Shown piece by piece: positions 63,726 through 64,000 of a stretch of 64,000 nucleotides of DNA (within the stretch, counting starts at the first letter, position 1; every line of letters begins with the position of its first letter). The stretch is from assembly GCF_006345805.1 (NCBI RefSeq), contig NC_043005.1:23870001-23934000 (forward strand). The letters run 5' to 3'. The notes beneath the pieces were generated by a model that made no database searches, was not told the origin of the DNA, and saw nothing but the letters and a program-made list of their open reading frames with translations. The stretch comes from Octopus sinensis. Lineage: Eukaryota. Both the position numbers and the translations under genes were made by a program.

Positions 63726-64000
63726 ACACACACACACACATGTAGTTGAGCTACAGCAAGCAACGTATTTTTGAAGAATATGACTGCCATAACACTTCAT
63801 ACGGCATTACTATCAAAATTGCACAACATCAGTTATATTGTGCAATATTGCTATACATTTGAAGGATGTTATCTTTTACAGATGTTGCGCTGCCAAACTC
63901 TTGCATTCAAAGTAGTTGTTTTATCGAACATAAATTATTGAAGTTTTAACTTCTATCCAAATTATATTCCCTTATTATTTTTATATTTTCTGGATTTAAA

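Noticed and set aside
63875-63950. Acceptor-like TTATCTTTTACAG followed by a short frame (DVALPNSCIQ)
   Set aside because: Too short, with no recognisable homology; such signals are common in AT-rich DNA.

Overview
AT-rich, microsatellite-dense animal genomic DNA. The SINE and LINE repertoire suggests a cephalopod such as Octopus (inference). I cannot support any intact host gene; the window is almost entirely layered mobile DNA. It holds a 5'-truncated L1/Tx1-clade LINE inserted in a (CTAT)n tract (10615-15436) and a head-to-tail cluster of related elements that carry only ORF1 and share its 3' terminus (21677-24380, plus an ORF1 fragment at 25904-27210). Also present are an R4/Dong-type RLE LINE flanked by (TAA)n (43972-46127), several Penelope RT and GIY-YIG fragments, Helitron RepHel and non-autonomous pieces, five mariner relics (two with both TIRs intact), MITEs and four tRNA-derived SINE families. 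The most interesting signals are three: (i) ORF1-only HAL1/HeT-A-like elements in tandem with a conserved junction motif; (ii) minimal hammerhead ribozyme motifs from two families, one of them linked to a tRNA-derived head; (iii) apparent microsatellite targeting by several unrelated retroelements. Alignments were done by eye, so repeat boundaries are approximate unless a TIR or TSD is quoted. Most ORFs in the supplied track are microsatellite or antisense artefacts.
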